A stretch of DNA of 54,282 nucleotides from Candidatus Micrarchaeota archaeon (GCA_026982895.1 JALWQW010000016.1:1-54282), one strand, 5' to 3'. Positions 27,674-37,393 are shown, counted from the stretch's first letter. Notes: generated by a model not told the origin, from the sequence alone. Made by a program: numbers and translations.

Positions 27674-30049
27674 ATGGGCATGCCCAGTGAAAACAACACA
27701 GCTGAATCGTTGGCTAGTGGCTCCTTTAAGTTGGAGCGGTACAATAAGAATATCGAAGACCAGCTCGTTGAGCAATGGGAAAAGGAACAAGTATATAAAT
27801 TCGTAGATGATGGCAAAAAACCTGTATATGTAATAGATTCTCCTCCGCCCTTTACATCCGGAAAGCTTCATATGGGGCACATCCTTTCCTTCACAATGTT
27901 CGACATAGTAGCCCGTTTTAAGCGCATGAACGGTTACAATGTCCTCTATGCTCAAGGCTGGGATACGCAGGGTTTTCCGACAGAGGTTAAAGTCGAGAAG
28001 AAATATGGCCGTTTGCCTAGAGAGCAGTTTGTCGAAAAATGCCATGAATGGACAGAGGAGTACATGGAGCATATGCGCTGGCAGGCTAAACACTTCGGCT
28101 TTTCTGCTGATTGGAGCAGAGAGTATGTCACGCTTAAACCCGATTACCATAAGAAAGTCCAGCTCTCCCTCGTTGAGATGTACAAGAAGGGCGATGTTTA
28201 TATGGCGGAGCATCCTGTCTTTTGGTGCCCCCACTGCCATTCGGCTTTGGCTAAGGCAGAGACAGAAGAGATTGAGAGAGAGGGAACCCTTTGGGACCTT
28301 CGTTTTGAGATTGAAGGGCAGCCCCTAATAATAGCTACGACGAGGCCTGAGCTTCTTCATGCAGTCGTTGCAGTAGCCGTGCATCCCAACGATGAAAGGT
28401 ATAAAGGCCTCATAGGCAAAACAGTAACGACGCCCCTTGGGAAGGAAGTTCCTCTTTTAGCAGATGAAGATGTTGATATGGAATTTGGTACAGGGGCTGT
28501 TATGATTGCTACCTTCGGTGACAAGCAGGATGTTGTATGGATGTACAGGCATAAACTGCCGTATATAAAGGCCATGGATGAGCACGGCCGCTTAATAAAT
28601 GCAGGCGAATTCGACGGCTTGAAAGTAGCAGAGGCCAAGCAAAAGGTCATAGAGAAGCTTAAGGCAGAGGGCAAGGTTCTCGGCGAGAAGAAGCTTAAAC
28701 AGGTTGTTAAAATCCATGACCGCTGTAAGAAGCCTGTCGAGCTTCTCATGAGCAACCAGTGGTTTGCTAAGCTTTTGCCATATAAAGAAGATATAAAGAA
28801 GGCTGCTCACGAGATAAGGTGGCATCCTGATTTTGGCATTCATTATCTTCTAGATTGGGTGAATACGCTTGAATGGGATTGGGTTATAAGTAGGCAGAGG
28901 TATTTTGGAACTCCGTTGCCTTTCTATGTTTGCCCTAAATGCGGGCATACAGAGGCTGTAGCTGATGATGAGCTTCCCTTCTACCCAGAGAAGGCTAAAG
29001 GTATGAAGTGTCCAAAGTGCGGAGCTGACATGAAGCCAGAAGAGGCTGTAGCGGATTGCTGGGTGGATTCTAGCATAACGCCTCTCGTAGTGGCAGGCTG
29101 GCCTGATGAGGGCTGGGAGAAGTACTATCCAAGCGATTTAAGGCCGCAGGGCATTGAAATTGTTAGAACTTGGGCGTTTTACACAATATATAGAGGACTC
29201 CGCCTAACGGGGGAAAAGCCCTTCAAGCATGTTCTTCTCCATGGGCATGTCATGGGGCCTGACGGCAAGAAGATGAGTAAGAGTCTTGGCAATGTTGTAG
29301 ACCCCAAGGATTTGCTTGATAAATACAGTGCAGATGCTATTCGCTTGTGGGTTGCATTCAGCGGGACATTGGAGAGGGACAGGCCATTCATGTACGATCA
29401 GGTGAAGCGCATGCAGAACCTCGTAAATAAGATATGGAATGCCTCTCGCTTTGTCCAGCTTGTTACAGAAGACTATAATGGTGAGGATGAGCCTCTCACT
29501 TTAACGGATAAGTGGATACTAAGCCGCTTCTATGAGGTTGTTAATGAATATATGAAGCACATGGAAGAGTTCAATTTTTACCAGGCAGTAACAGCGCTTA
29601 CGAATTTCTTTTGGGAGGAATTTTGCGACAATTACCTGGAGTTCGTCAAGTATCGTGTGTATAATGACATAAACAAGAGAAGCGCGCAGAAGGTTTTGAG
29701 GACTGTTTTAGAGGGTGTCCTTCGCCTTTATGCACCATTTGCTCCTTTCTTGAGCGATTATCTATATAGAGCTATCTATGGCAAGGGAACTCTCCATAAA
29801 GGACCTCTTCCCACAGCTGGCGAAATTGATGCCTCTGCGGTAACCTATGGAAAGGTGTTGAAGGAGAGCGCTGAGGCTATTCGCCGTTTGAAGAAAAAGA
29901 AAGGCCTTTCATTGAAGGATGAGCTCGATAGTGTGGAATTGGAACTGCCGAAAGAAGCAGAGCCATTCAGACAGGCTTTAGAAGATGAGCTTAAGAAAAC
30001 TGTCTTTGTAAAGGCTATTTCTTGGAGCCTTCTAACTTCGAAAGAGTAG
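27674..30049 (+). CDS. valS: Valine--tRNA ligase (archaeal type)
   Basis: IDSPPPFTSGKLHMGH, GWDTQGFPTE, ATTRPE, WVISRQRYFG, KMSKS; short C-terminus. Confidence 0.95.
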   Translation: MGMPSENNTAESLASGSFKLERYNKNIEDQLVEQWEKEQVYKFVDDGKKPVYVIDSPPPFTSGKLHMGHILSFTMFDIVARFKRMNGYNVLYAQGWDTQGFPTEVKVEKKYGRLPREQFVEKCHEWTEEYMEHMRWQAKHFGFSADWSREYVTLKPDYHKKVQLSLVEMYKKGDVYMAEHPVFWCPHCHSALAKAETEEIEREGTLWDLRFEIEGQPLIIATTRPELLHAVVAVAVHPNDERYKGLIGKTVTTPLGKEVPLLADEDVDMEFGTGAVMIATFGDKQDVVWMYRHKLPYIKAMDEHGRLINAGEFDGLKVAEAKQKVIEKLKAEGKVLGEKKLKQVVKIHDRCKKPVELLMSNQWFAKLLPYKEDIKKAAHEIRWHPDFGIHYLLDWVNTLEWDWVISRQRYFGTPLPFYVCPKCGHTEAVADDELPFYPEKAKGMKCPKCGADMKPEEAVADCWVDSSITPLVVAGWPDEGWEKYYPSDLRPQGIEIVRTWAFYTIYRGLRLTGEKPFKHVLLHGHVMGPDGKKMSKSLGNVVDPKDLLDKYSADAIRLWVAFSGTLERDRPFMYDQVKRMQNLVNKIWNASRFVQLVTEDYNGEDEPLTLTDKWILSRFYEVVNEYMKHMEEFNFYQAVTALTNFFWEEFCDNYLEFVKYRVYNDINKRSAQKVLRTVLEGVLRLYAPFAPFLSDYLYRAIYGKGTLHKGPLPTAGEIDASAVTYGKVLKESAEAIRRLKKKKGLSLKDELDSVELELPKEAEPFRQALEDELKKTVFVKAISWSLLTSKE

Positions 30050-30566
30050 TTGGGAGTTTAACATCCTTTTCTTTTTTGCTTGCCTTTTTATCTTCGTTTC
30101 TTTCTTCCTTTGCCTCGTTTTTACTTACAAACTTTGTTAAATCTGGGAAGAATTTCTCCAGCGAAGTGCAGCCTTCTCTTATGCCGACATGAAAGCGTAT
30201 ATTGTGTCTTTCGAGGAGCGCTGCCAAGTAGTCCATCGCCCTCGCCGTCCTTTCGACGCCGAATTCTTCGACAAATGGCTTGACATCCTCTATGAACAAA
30301 TCGTCTATCTCTTCGCCTACTTCTAAAGCATCTTCCAACTTTTCAATGATTAGTGTGAGCGTTAATAAGCCGCGATTCTTCTTAAAGGCTAAAAAGTCTT
30401 TGCCCTTTCCGCTGCTCTCTCCTGTTAAATCCACGAAGAAAAAAGGCTTTTCGTCTCGAATATCCTTAGGGAAATCACTGATGGGTGTTATTGTCAAAAC
30501 AACGACAGCAAAACCCTTTGCTTTTGACACGACATCTACGAAATCCTGAGCTGGAAAGGGTATCAT
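30015..30566 (-). CDS. Hypothetical protein, possibly a degenerate RecA/KaiC-like alpha/beta domain
   Basis: Alternating beta/alpha pattern (FFFVDL, DLFIEDV, RFHVGI) without Walker A. Confidence 0.55.
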   Translation of the reverse strand: MIPFPAQDFVDVVSKAKGFAVVVLTITPISDFPKDIRDEKPFFFVDLTGESSGKGKDFLAFKKNRGLLTLTLIIEKLEDALEVGEEIDDLFIEDVKPFVEEFGVERTARAMDYLAALLERHNIRFHVGIREGCTSLEKFFPDLTKFVSKNEAKEERNEDKKASKKEKDVKLPTTLSKLEGSKK

Positions 30567-30704
30567 TGCAGCTCTTTTAGTCGAAGCCTTTAAAAGAATA
30601 GCCTTTGCTCATGGCTTAGTATCGCTTATCTTTTTGTATGAAATTCTTGTCGCAGATTGTGATAGCTTTTTAAACCTTAGGGGGCTTTTATAGATAGTAA
30701 TCCC

Positions 30705-31067
30705 ATGAGGTGGGCAAAAGTGAACATGAAAATCTTTGGTTTGTTTGTACTGTTGCTAGCTGCTTCGTTTGTAGTAGCAGCTGATGCGACACCAACCGAT
30801 ACAGGACAGAGAATCAGTGGAGCGCTATGCCAGCTCTATGATTTAATGAAGAATATCTTTCCGCCATTAATAGTGCTCGTCGTAGTTATGGCTGCTGTTA
30901 TATACGCTGCTGGTCATGTCCTTGGCCAGGAGATGGGCGCTAGGGCGAAGAGCTGGGCTCTGAACCTTATCATCTACACTACTATTGGTATAATCATATT
31001 CCTTCTCGTGCCTTGGCTACTTGGGCAGGTTGTGCCTGAGCTGAATTTAGAAGAGGCATGTGGATGA
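30705..31067 (+). CDS. VirB2/TrbC-like pilin 1
   Basis: Signal peptide, then two hydrophobic helices around AAVIYAAGHVLGQEMGARAKSW; start may be 30720 or 30726. Confidence 0.75.
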   Translation: MRWAKVNMKIFGLFVLLLAASFVVAADATPTDTGQRISGALCQLYDLMKNIFPPLIVLVVVMAAVIYAAGHVLGQEMGARAKSWALNLIIYTTIGIIIFLLVPWLLGQVVPELNLEEACG

Positions 31068-31077
31068 GGTATGAGGT

Positions 31078-31407
31078 ATGAAGTATAAATTAATTTTTTC
31101 TCTTATTTTTATATTAGCAGTATCCATGGTCAGCGCAGGTGGCACTATAACTGCTGCGTTAACTGATTTGTGTAAGATACTCTATGAGGTTGTAGGGACA
31201 TTGGCTTCTGTCATGATTCTCTTGTCATCCGTTGTTTATGCAGGAGGCCAAATGTTTGGGGCTGAAATGCGTGCTAGAGCTCATGTATGGAGCCAGAGCC
31301 TCCTAAGCGGTGCTGTTATTGGCATTATAATGATAGTCATAGTTCCCAATGTCTTGGGCGCTATGCTTGGCATGACATTCGATGCTAATAGCTGCACGTT
31401 TAGTTGA
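31078..31407 (+). CDS. VirB2/TrbC-like pilin 2
   Basis: Paralogue of pilin 1: VVYAGGQMFGAEMRARAHVWSQSLLSGAVIGIIMIVIVP. Confidence 0.75.
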   Translation: MKYKLIFSLIFILAVSMVSAGGTITAALTDLCKILYEVVGTLASVMILLSSVVYAGGQMFGAEMRARAHVWSQSLLSGAVIGIIMIVIVPNVLGAMLGMTFDANSCTFS

Positions 31408-32447
31408 TAAGTGGTACTGTGTCCTTAGGAGGACAAGAACAAGGCGAAGTTTTTAGCAACAAGCCTGAGGATGTGGTTAGGGGCGAAGTATCATTTGAAG
31501 TTTATGCTCCTGAAGCAGCGTATACGCCTGTTGTCGGTATTGTGGCTCTCCTCGCTGTTTCATCCATGCTGGGAGAGAAAGTTGGCGGGAATCAAGATAG
31601 AAAAACTCCGCCTAAGACACCACCTCCAATGGCTTTGCCTGCTTCTATTCAACTACCTCCTTCTGTTAAGCTTCAAGACCGTGAAATATCCTTAAAGATA
31701 CCAGAACCTATGGCAGAGGCCGATATGGCTGGAAAGGAGTTGAGCATGGAAGAGAAAAGGATGGATGAAGCTGCTCTTGAAAAGACGACTCTACGCACCC
31801 ACGAGATAAAAGATAGGTTCGCCATCGTCTTCCACGATCCTGTAACGGGCAAGGTTGACATTCACATAGAGGAGCAGCCTATTCACTATGATACCATTGA
31901 GTCGAAGGTCGTTGATGTAACTGTAGCGAATAGGGATGTTGAGAAGGCTGAGAGTTATATTGCAGAGGGCATTATAAAGGATAAGACAGAGGAAATCGAC
32001 AAAAAAGTTAAGCAAGTTTTGGAGAGTCCTAAAAAGGGTTTTGGCCACTCGCTTGAAACGGATTTGATGAAGCTCATAGAGAAAGAGGTTGATCACAGTC
32101 CAAGGGCTGTTGATGAAGTGGCTAAGAGGAAAGCAGCTCTACTTAAAGAGCTTGATAAGAGAGAGAAGCTCTTGAAGGAAGCGCTGGATGTTCTTAAAAA
32201 AGATGGTTGGGAGGCCTTCAAAAAGAAAGTATTGCCGAAGTTCTCCAAGATGACGCAAAAGCGCCTTTTGTGGCTTATGGAGCATTATAAAGACGCTAAC
32301 CTCCTCGTGAGGATCCTTCTCATAGAGGAGATGTATGTTAAGTGGTTGAAGAAGCGTTTAGCCTCCCTTCCTTTCAAAGCCTTTTTAGCCATAGCCAAAA
32401 ATCTCTTAGCTAAATCCATTCTTGGCTTTTTAAAGAGTGCAAAGTGA
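31404..32447 (+). CDS. Hypothetical protein (one hydrophobic segment, Pro-rich linker, coiled coil)
   Basis: 347-aa ORF overlapping the pilin 2 stop; start uncertain. Confidence 0.65.
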   Translation: MISGTVSLGGQEQGEVFSNKPEDVVRGEVSFEVYAPEAAYTPVVGIVALLAVSSMLGEKVGGNQDRKTPPKTPPPMALPASIQLPPSVKLQDREISLKIPEPMAEADMAGKELSMEEKRMDEAALEKTTLRTHEIKDRFAIVFHDPVTGKVDIHIEEQPIHYDTIESKVVDVTVANRDVEKAESYIAEGIIKDKTEEIDKKVKQVLESPKKGFGHSLETDLMKLIEKEVDHSPRAVDEVAKRKAALLKELDKREKLLKEALDVLKKDGWEAFKKKVLPKFSKMTQKRLLWLMEHYKDANLLVRILLIEEMYVKWLKKRLASLPFKAFLAIAKNLLAKSILGFLKSAK

Positions 32448-33336
32448 TTTAAAGCCTTTCTACCACAAAATAAGCATGGAGAAATATGGTTCTAATAATA
32501 CTAAAAAGAGCCCTATAAAGAGTGCTGCATCTGGAGAGGATGATGTGAAAAATAGGCGTAAGGATGCCTTCTACTCATTAAAGCATGCACTTAATCACAA
32601 TGATAATGTAGACCCCTTTGGCATAGAATCTTATAAACGCTGGCCTCTTGAGAAAATGGTTGATGAAGGGAGAAGGGCTATATCGCATTTGCGTTATTTT
32701 GACAAGCTCATCGTGCTTATCCCCTTTTTGGAGAGCGAGTTAGAAGTTTCTCTTGCCAAAGTAAATGGGGCTTGCTGGGCTCATGTTTCTAGAGATGAAT
32801 GGATGTGCAAAAAGGCTGCTGCCATACTTATGTCCGAAACAGGCTTATTGGGAAAGCTTCTTGTAATGGCTAACAATCGGAGCCTTTATAGAGAGAGTAT
32901 GTATTTCTTAAAAAGGGGTTGGACTGTCAAAGCCTCTGCTCCTTTGATAAGAAACTTTTTATCGCATATAAGTGAAGAGGAGCGCTTCTTTTTGGAATGG
33001 GCGTTGAGAGGAGATTATGGTAGCTTTTTGGATTCTGACGATGGCCATGTTCTTGCAAGCACCCTCCATTTTATTCAGGATGCTCCTATGCCCGAGCTCT
33101 TCTTTGATGTTTTGAATATGGGGTTAAATGGCGAGCGAATTCTTGGCGTTAAGAAAACTTTGGTTAAATTGCTTGCTTATGAAGATGTGCTCGAGAGCAT
33201 TTTCCCTCATTTCAGAGAAAAAGCCATAGAAAAGATAGAAAATGATTCAGACCCTGATGATAACAGCACCATTTATAGAAATTTTGTGAAGGATATGCTT
33301 TACCTATTAACCCCTGTTGAAGATGAGAGTGGCTGA
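32437..33336 (+). CDS. Hypothetical protein
   Basis: 299-aa ORF; possible start ATG 32476. Confidence 0.65.
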   Translation: MQSDLKPFYHKISMEKYGSNNTKKSPIKSAASGEDDVKNRRKDAFYSLKHALNHNDNVDPFGIESYKRWPLEKMVDEGRRAISHLRYFDKLIVLIPFLESELEVSLAKVNGACWAHVSRDEWMCKKAAAILMSETGLLGKLLVMANNRSLYRESMYFLKRGWTVKASAPLIRNFLSHISEEERFFLEWALRGDYGSFLDSDDGHVLASTLHFIQDAPMPELFFDVLNMGLNGERILGVKKTLVKLLAYEDVLESIFPHFREKAIEKIENDSDPDDNSTIYRNFVKDMLYLLTPVEDESG

Positions 33337-33445
33337 CATTATTCGTAAGCCCCTTACTAATCATCTTCTTCTATTATAACATCCTATTGAGGCTTTAGAA
33401 ACGCCACCAATACATTTTTAAAGCCCTTCAACCATAAAATTAGCG

Positions 33446-33991
33446 ATGGTAAAAGCCAAGCGTCTTATCGTAGATGGTCAAGTGCAGCGTGTGGGTTACA
33501 GAGATTACATTCAGCTTTTAGGTAGAGAAATATGTGTCAAAGGCCATGTGAAGAATGATGAAGAAGACCCGTTTAAAGTAGAAATTCTTGTTATTTATGA
33601 TACTGAAGAGAAATATAAGACTTTCTTAGAGAGGGCGAAGAATCCACCATTCCCAGCTTCTGTTTCTTCCATCGTTGAGGAAGATGCTGAAGTTAACGAA
33701 GATGAGGCTAAGAAATACAAAACTATTCGCATCATAAGGGGCGATCCTACATTAGAATTGGCAGAGAGGCTTGATCAGGCTATGTACTTCTTCAGGAGTC
33801 TCGACAAAAAACAAGATAGTATGTTAGAAAAACAGGATAAGATGTTAGAAAAGCAAGATAAAATGCTGGAAAAACAAGATTTGATGCTAGAGAAGCAGGA
33901 CAAGATGTTGGAAAAACAAGACAGTATGCTAGAAAAACAGGATAAGATGTTAGAAAAGCAAGACGATACTATTAACGCCATAAAGATATGA
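33446..33991 (+). CDS. Acylphosphatase-domain protein with heptad coiled-coil repeats; C-terminus frameshifted
   Basis: IVDGQVQRVGYRDYI...KGHVKN acylphosphatase motif; (MLEKQDK)n; natural C-terminus seems to continue in shifted frames to 34118. Confidence 0.85.
   Translation: MVKAKRLIVDGQVQRVGYRDYIQLLGREICVKGHVKNDEEDPFKVEILVIYDTEEKYKTFLERAKNPPFPASVSSIVEEDAEVNEDEAKKYKTIRIIRGDPTLELAERLDQAMYFFRSLDKKQDSMLEKQDKMLEKQDKMLEKQDLMLEKQDKMLEKQDSMLEKQDKMLEKQDDTINAIKI
33806..33967 (+). repeat. 21-bp tandem repeat (~7.7 copies) encoding EKQD(K/S/L)ML
   Basis: GAAAARCARGAYNNNATGYTR units with synonymous divergence. Confidence 0.9.
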
Positions 33992-34195
33992 ATGCCAATA
34001 TGCAGACACGCTTCGACCGTTTAGATGAGAAGTATGTGTTATTTCCAAAAAATTAGACAGGATAGCTGTAGCGTTTGAGAAGCTTATAGCAGCTTTGGAA
34101 GGTAAGGGCTTGCATTGAGTTTATACAGCGATTTTTGGGTTTTATGTTAAGCGTTACCATACTCATTTTTAAATATATCCCAAGAAAGAAGGGCA

Positions 34196-34262
34196 TGCTA
34201 GTCTTTCTCTTAGATTAAGGGAAGGCCGGCTGACGACCCTCTCCTGAGGGCAACGTAAGGTG
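34196..34262 (+). promoter_or_regulatory. Structured 5' leader of the rpl3 operon (candidate r-leader)
   Basis: Hairpin CTTTCTCTTA-GAT-TAAGGGAAGG with G-U pairs, second hairpin CCCTC-TCCT-GAGGG, then AGGTGA SD; TTTTTAAATA at ~34166. Confidence 0.45.
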
Positions 34263-34267
34263 ATTTT

Positions 34268-35209
34268 ATGACGGATATACGAAAGCCTAGAAGCGGTTCG
34301 ATGGCATTTAGGCCCCGAAAGAGGGCAAGACCTAAAGCCCAGCGTATAAATTCATGGCCGTCTGTAGATGAAAAGGCGGTATTGGGCTTTGTAGGTTATA
34401 AAGTAGGGATGACTACTGTCAGTTGGATAGAACAGCAGGAAGGCCCGAGAAAGGGTATGGAAGTTGTCGGCGGAGCGACCGTCGTCGAGGCGCCGCCCTT
34501 AAAAGTCTATGGCGTGCGTTTCTTCAAAGGTCCTATCATGAAGGATGTGCTCACAGAAGAGAAGGACATCCTAGAAAAGCTGGGCATGAAGAATGTTAAG
34601 GCGAGTTCTGTTCCTGAAGGTGAATTTAAGGATGTAAGGCTTCTTGCTTATGCTCAGCCCTTCCTCACAACGACTGGGAAGAAGCATGTCGAGAGGATTG
34701 AGCTTGGGCTTGGCGGAGCTAGCAGCGAGGAGAAAAAAGAATATGCTTTATCCCTTCTTGGCAAGGATCTCAGCGTTGCCGATGTTATTAAGGAGGGTTC
34801 GTTTGTTGATATCATTGGCGTTACAAAGGGCAAGGGCTGGCAGGGTCCAATAAAGCGTTTTGGCGTCTCAAAACAGAGGAGGAAAGCCACAGGAAAGCAG
34901 AGGCATGTCGGTACGCTTGGTCCATTCAAGCCGGGTTATGTCCAATATACAGCTCCACAAGCTGGTCAGATGGGCTTGCATAAGAGAACCGAACTTAACA
35001 AGTGGGTGTTAAAAGTGGGCAAGGCGGAGGAAGCAAAGGACATAAATCCAAGCGCAGGCTGGCCTCATTATGGTCTGGTTAAGAACGATTTTATACTCAT
35101 AAAGGGTAGCGTGCCCGGTCCGGCGAAGCGTGTTCTTCGCTTTAGGTGGGCTGCTAGGAAGCTCGGCCAAACATTGGAGCCAAAGCTCACATTTGTCAGT
35201 AGAGGGTGA
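34268..35209 (+). CDS. rpl3: 50S ribosomal protein L3
   Basis: PRSGSMAFRPRKRA, GYKVGMT, TKGKGWQGPIKRFG, GQMGLHKRTELNK, KGSVPGP. Confidence 0.97.
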   Translation: MTDIRKPRSGSMAFRPRKRARPKAQRINSWPSVDEKAVLGFVGYKVGMTTVSWIEQQEGPRKGMEVVGGATVVEAPPLKVYGVRFFKGPIMKDVLTEEKDILEKLGMKNVKASSVPEGEFKDVRLLAYAQPFLTTTGKKHVERIELGLGGASSEEKKEYALSLLGKDLSVADVIKEGSFVDIIGVTKGKGWQGPIKRFGVSKQRRKATGKQRHVGTLGPFKPGYVQYTAPQAGQMGLHKRTELNKWVLKVGKAEEAKDINPSAGWPHYGLVKNDFILIKGSVPGPAKRVLRFRWAARKLGQTLEPKLTFVSRG

Positions 35210-35213
35210 TTGA

Positions 35214-35981
35214 ATGGTTAAAAAAGCTCACATTTACGATAAGGAAGGAAAGGTCGTCTCTGATTTATCTTTGCCGGAAGTTTTTGAAACAGAGGTTAGG
35301 GCAGAGGTTATACGAAGAGCAGTGCTCTCCGAAGAAAGCAAGGAAAAGCAGCCAAAGGGTTCATATAGATGGGCTGGTTTGGAGACAAGTGCTCGCTATA
35401 TAGGTAGGAAGGAAGCCTACGCTACCCTTAAAAACAGGGGTCAATCCCGTCTGCCAAGAGAATTCTTTGGAGGCGGAAGGCCTGGGAGAGTTCGTTATAT
35501 CCCATCTGCTGTTAGCGGTAGGAGGGCTCACCCACCAAAGCCAGAGAAAATACTCGAAGAAAAGATTAACAAAAAAGAATGGGACCTTGCTTTAAGGAGT
35601 GCCCTTGCCGCGACGACAGTCAAAGAGCTTGTATTGAATAGAGGGCATAAAGTTGATGTGGATGTGCCCATCGTTTTGAAAGACGCTGAGAGTGTATCCA
35701 AGACGAGCGATGTTTATAAGATATTAGCTAACTTAATCTCAATGGATTTGGAGAGAGCCAAGGAGAAGAGAGGCAGGAACAAGAAGCATCCTAAATCTGC
35801 TGTAATAATCGTCAGCGGAGATGTGCCCCTCCTGAAGGCGGCAAAGAATATTCCTGGCGTGGATGTTGTGGCTGTGGAGAACTTAAAGGTTTCGTTGCTA
35901 GCTCCTGGCGCGCATCCTGGCCGTTTAGCCGTGTATACAGAGGAGGCTGTTAAGGCCTTGGCTGAGAGGTGGAAATTATGA
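35214..35981 (+). CDS. rpl4: 50S ribosomal protein L4
   Basis: LPEVF, GRRAHPPK, KINKKE, NIPGVDV, LLAPGAHPGRL. Confidence 0.97.
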   Translation: MVKKAHIYDKEGKVVSDLSLPEVFETEVRAEVIRRAVLSEESKEKQPKGSYRWAGLETSARYIGRKEAYATLKNRGQSRLPREFFGGGRPGRVRYIPSAVSGRRAHPPKPEKILEEKINKKEWDLALRSALAATTVKELVLNRGHKVDVDVPIVLKDAESVSKTSDVYKILANLISMDLERAKEKRGRNKKHPKSAVIIVSGDVPLLKAAKNIPGVDVVAVENLKVSLLAPGAHPGRLAVYTEEAVKALAERWKL

Positions 35982-36220
35982 TTGCAAGCGTTTTAAGAAC
36001 AGAAAAGGCTTTGAAGCTCGTAACAAAGGAGCATACTATTCCTTTCATAGTCGATTTACGGGCTTCCAAGCCTGAGATAAAGGAAGAGGTTGAGAGGCTC
36101 TACGGTGTTAAGGTGGATAGTGTGCGAACACTCACACGCTCGGGCAAGAAGATTGCTTATGTCAAATTCGCCCCAGAGGTGAATGTTGAAGAGCTTGCTA
36201 GCTCGTTGAACCTCGTATGA
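35978..36220 (+). CDS. rpl23: 50S ribosomal protein L23
   Basis: TEKA, FIVDLRASKPEIKEEVERLYGVKVDSVRTL, KKIAYVK. Confidence 0.95.
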   Translation: MIASVLRTEKALKLVTKEHTIPFIVDLRASKPEIKEEVERLYGVKVDSVRTLTRSGKKIAYVKFAPEVNVEELASSLNLV

Positions 36221-36232
36221 TAGGTGGTGTTT

Positions 36233-36973
36233 ATGGGAAAAAGACTTAAACAACAGGTAAGGGGTCGTGGAACGCCTCGTTATAGGTCTCCTAATCATCG
36301 ATACAAGGCAGAAGTTAAATACAGGCCTTACGATGACCAGGAGAAGATGGGTCTGCTCATTGGCGAGGTTGTCGGCTTTATAGACGACCCTGCTAGGAAC
36401 AGCATCGTGGCGGTTGTTCAGTTGGATAATGGAGAGCGCATCCCGCTCATAGCAGCTGAGGGCATGGCCGTCGGCGACAAAGTTGAAATAGGTGCTCAGG
36501 CAAGCTTGAAGATGGGCAATGTCGTTCCGCTCTATGAAGTCCCCGAAGGTATGTACATATACAATATTGAGAGAAGGCCCGGCGACGGCGGAAAAATTGC
36601 TAGAGCTGCTGGCACTTATGCCATCGTAATGGTTAAAGAGGGTAATATCGTCAGGCTAAAGCTGCCCAGCGGCAGAATTATAGAGGTAAACAACGAAGCC
36701 CGCGTCCAAATAGGTGTGCCGGCAGGCGGCAACATAAAGAACAAGCCTCTCTTAAAGGCAGGTAATGCTTATTACAAACACAAGGCTAAGAATCGCTTGT
36801 GGCCAAAACAGCGTGGTGTTAGCATGTCTCCTTACGACCATCCCTTTGGTGGTAAGCAGCACCATGAAGGTAGGCCTACTGCGGTTAGCAGGCATGCTCC
36901 ACCGGGACAGAAGGTTGGTCACATCAAGGCCAAGCAGACCGGTAGGCGTGTAAGGAAGAGTGGAGGTGCATAA
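36233..36973 (+). CDS. rpl2: 50S ribosomal protein L2
   Basis: MGKRLKQQVRGRG, DPARN, PGDGGKIARAAG, WPKQRGVSMSPYDHPFGG, PPGQKVG. Confidence 0.97.
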   Translation: MGKRLKQQVRGRGTPRYRSPNHRYKAEVKYRPYDDQEKMGLLIGEVVGFIDDPARNSIVAVVQLDNGERIPLIAAEGMAVGDKVEIGAQASLKMGNVVPLYEVPEGMYIYNIERRPGDGGKIARAAGTYAIVMVKEGNIVRLKLPSGRIIEVNNEARVQIGVPAGGNIKNKPLLKAGNAYYKHKAKNRLWPKQRGVSMSPYDHPFGGKQHHEGRPTAVSRHAPPGQKVGHIKAKQTGRRVRKSGGA

Positions 36974-36975
36974 TC

Positions 36976-37389
36976 ATGGTAAAACTTGCTCGTGATATCT
37001 TCAGAGGGCTGAGCGAAGAACAGCTCAAAGACATGCCCATCGAAGATTTTATGAAGTTAGTGAAGGCAAGGCCCCGCAGAGCCATTAAGCGCATGCTAGA
37101 GGGCACGAATGTCCAATTCCGCATGCTTGTCGATAAAGTGAGGAAGAAGGTCAAGGAAGGCAAGGTAAAGAAGGGCATTCGCACACATGTGCGTGATGCC
37201 GTCATATTGCCTGAATGGCTGGGCTTAACCTTCTTCGTTTACAGCGGCAAGGAGTGGAAGCAGGTCGAAATTACTATCGACAAATTAGGGCATAGATTAG
37301 GCGAGTACAGCTATTCTACCAAATTCGATAGGCACTCCAACCCAGGTATAGGTGCTACGAGAGGTAGTAAGTTCGTATCTGCGAAGTGA
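36976..37389 (+). CDS. rps19: 30S ribosomal protein S19
   Basis: IRTHVRDAVILPE, GHRLGEY, PGIGATRGSKFV. Confidence 0.96.
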   Translation: MVKLARDIFRGLSEEQLKDMPIEDFMKLVKARPRRAIKRMLEGTNVQFRMLVDKVRKKVKEGKVKKGIRTHVRDAVILPEWLGLTFFVYSGKEWKQVEITIDKLGHRLGEYSYSTKFDRHSNPGIGATRGSKFVSAK

Positions 37390-37393
37390 TAAC

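Noticed and set aside
33775-33981. Antisense ORF with (ILSCFSN)n repeats
   Set aside because: Shadow of the 21-bp coding repeat on the + strand
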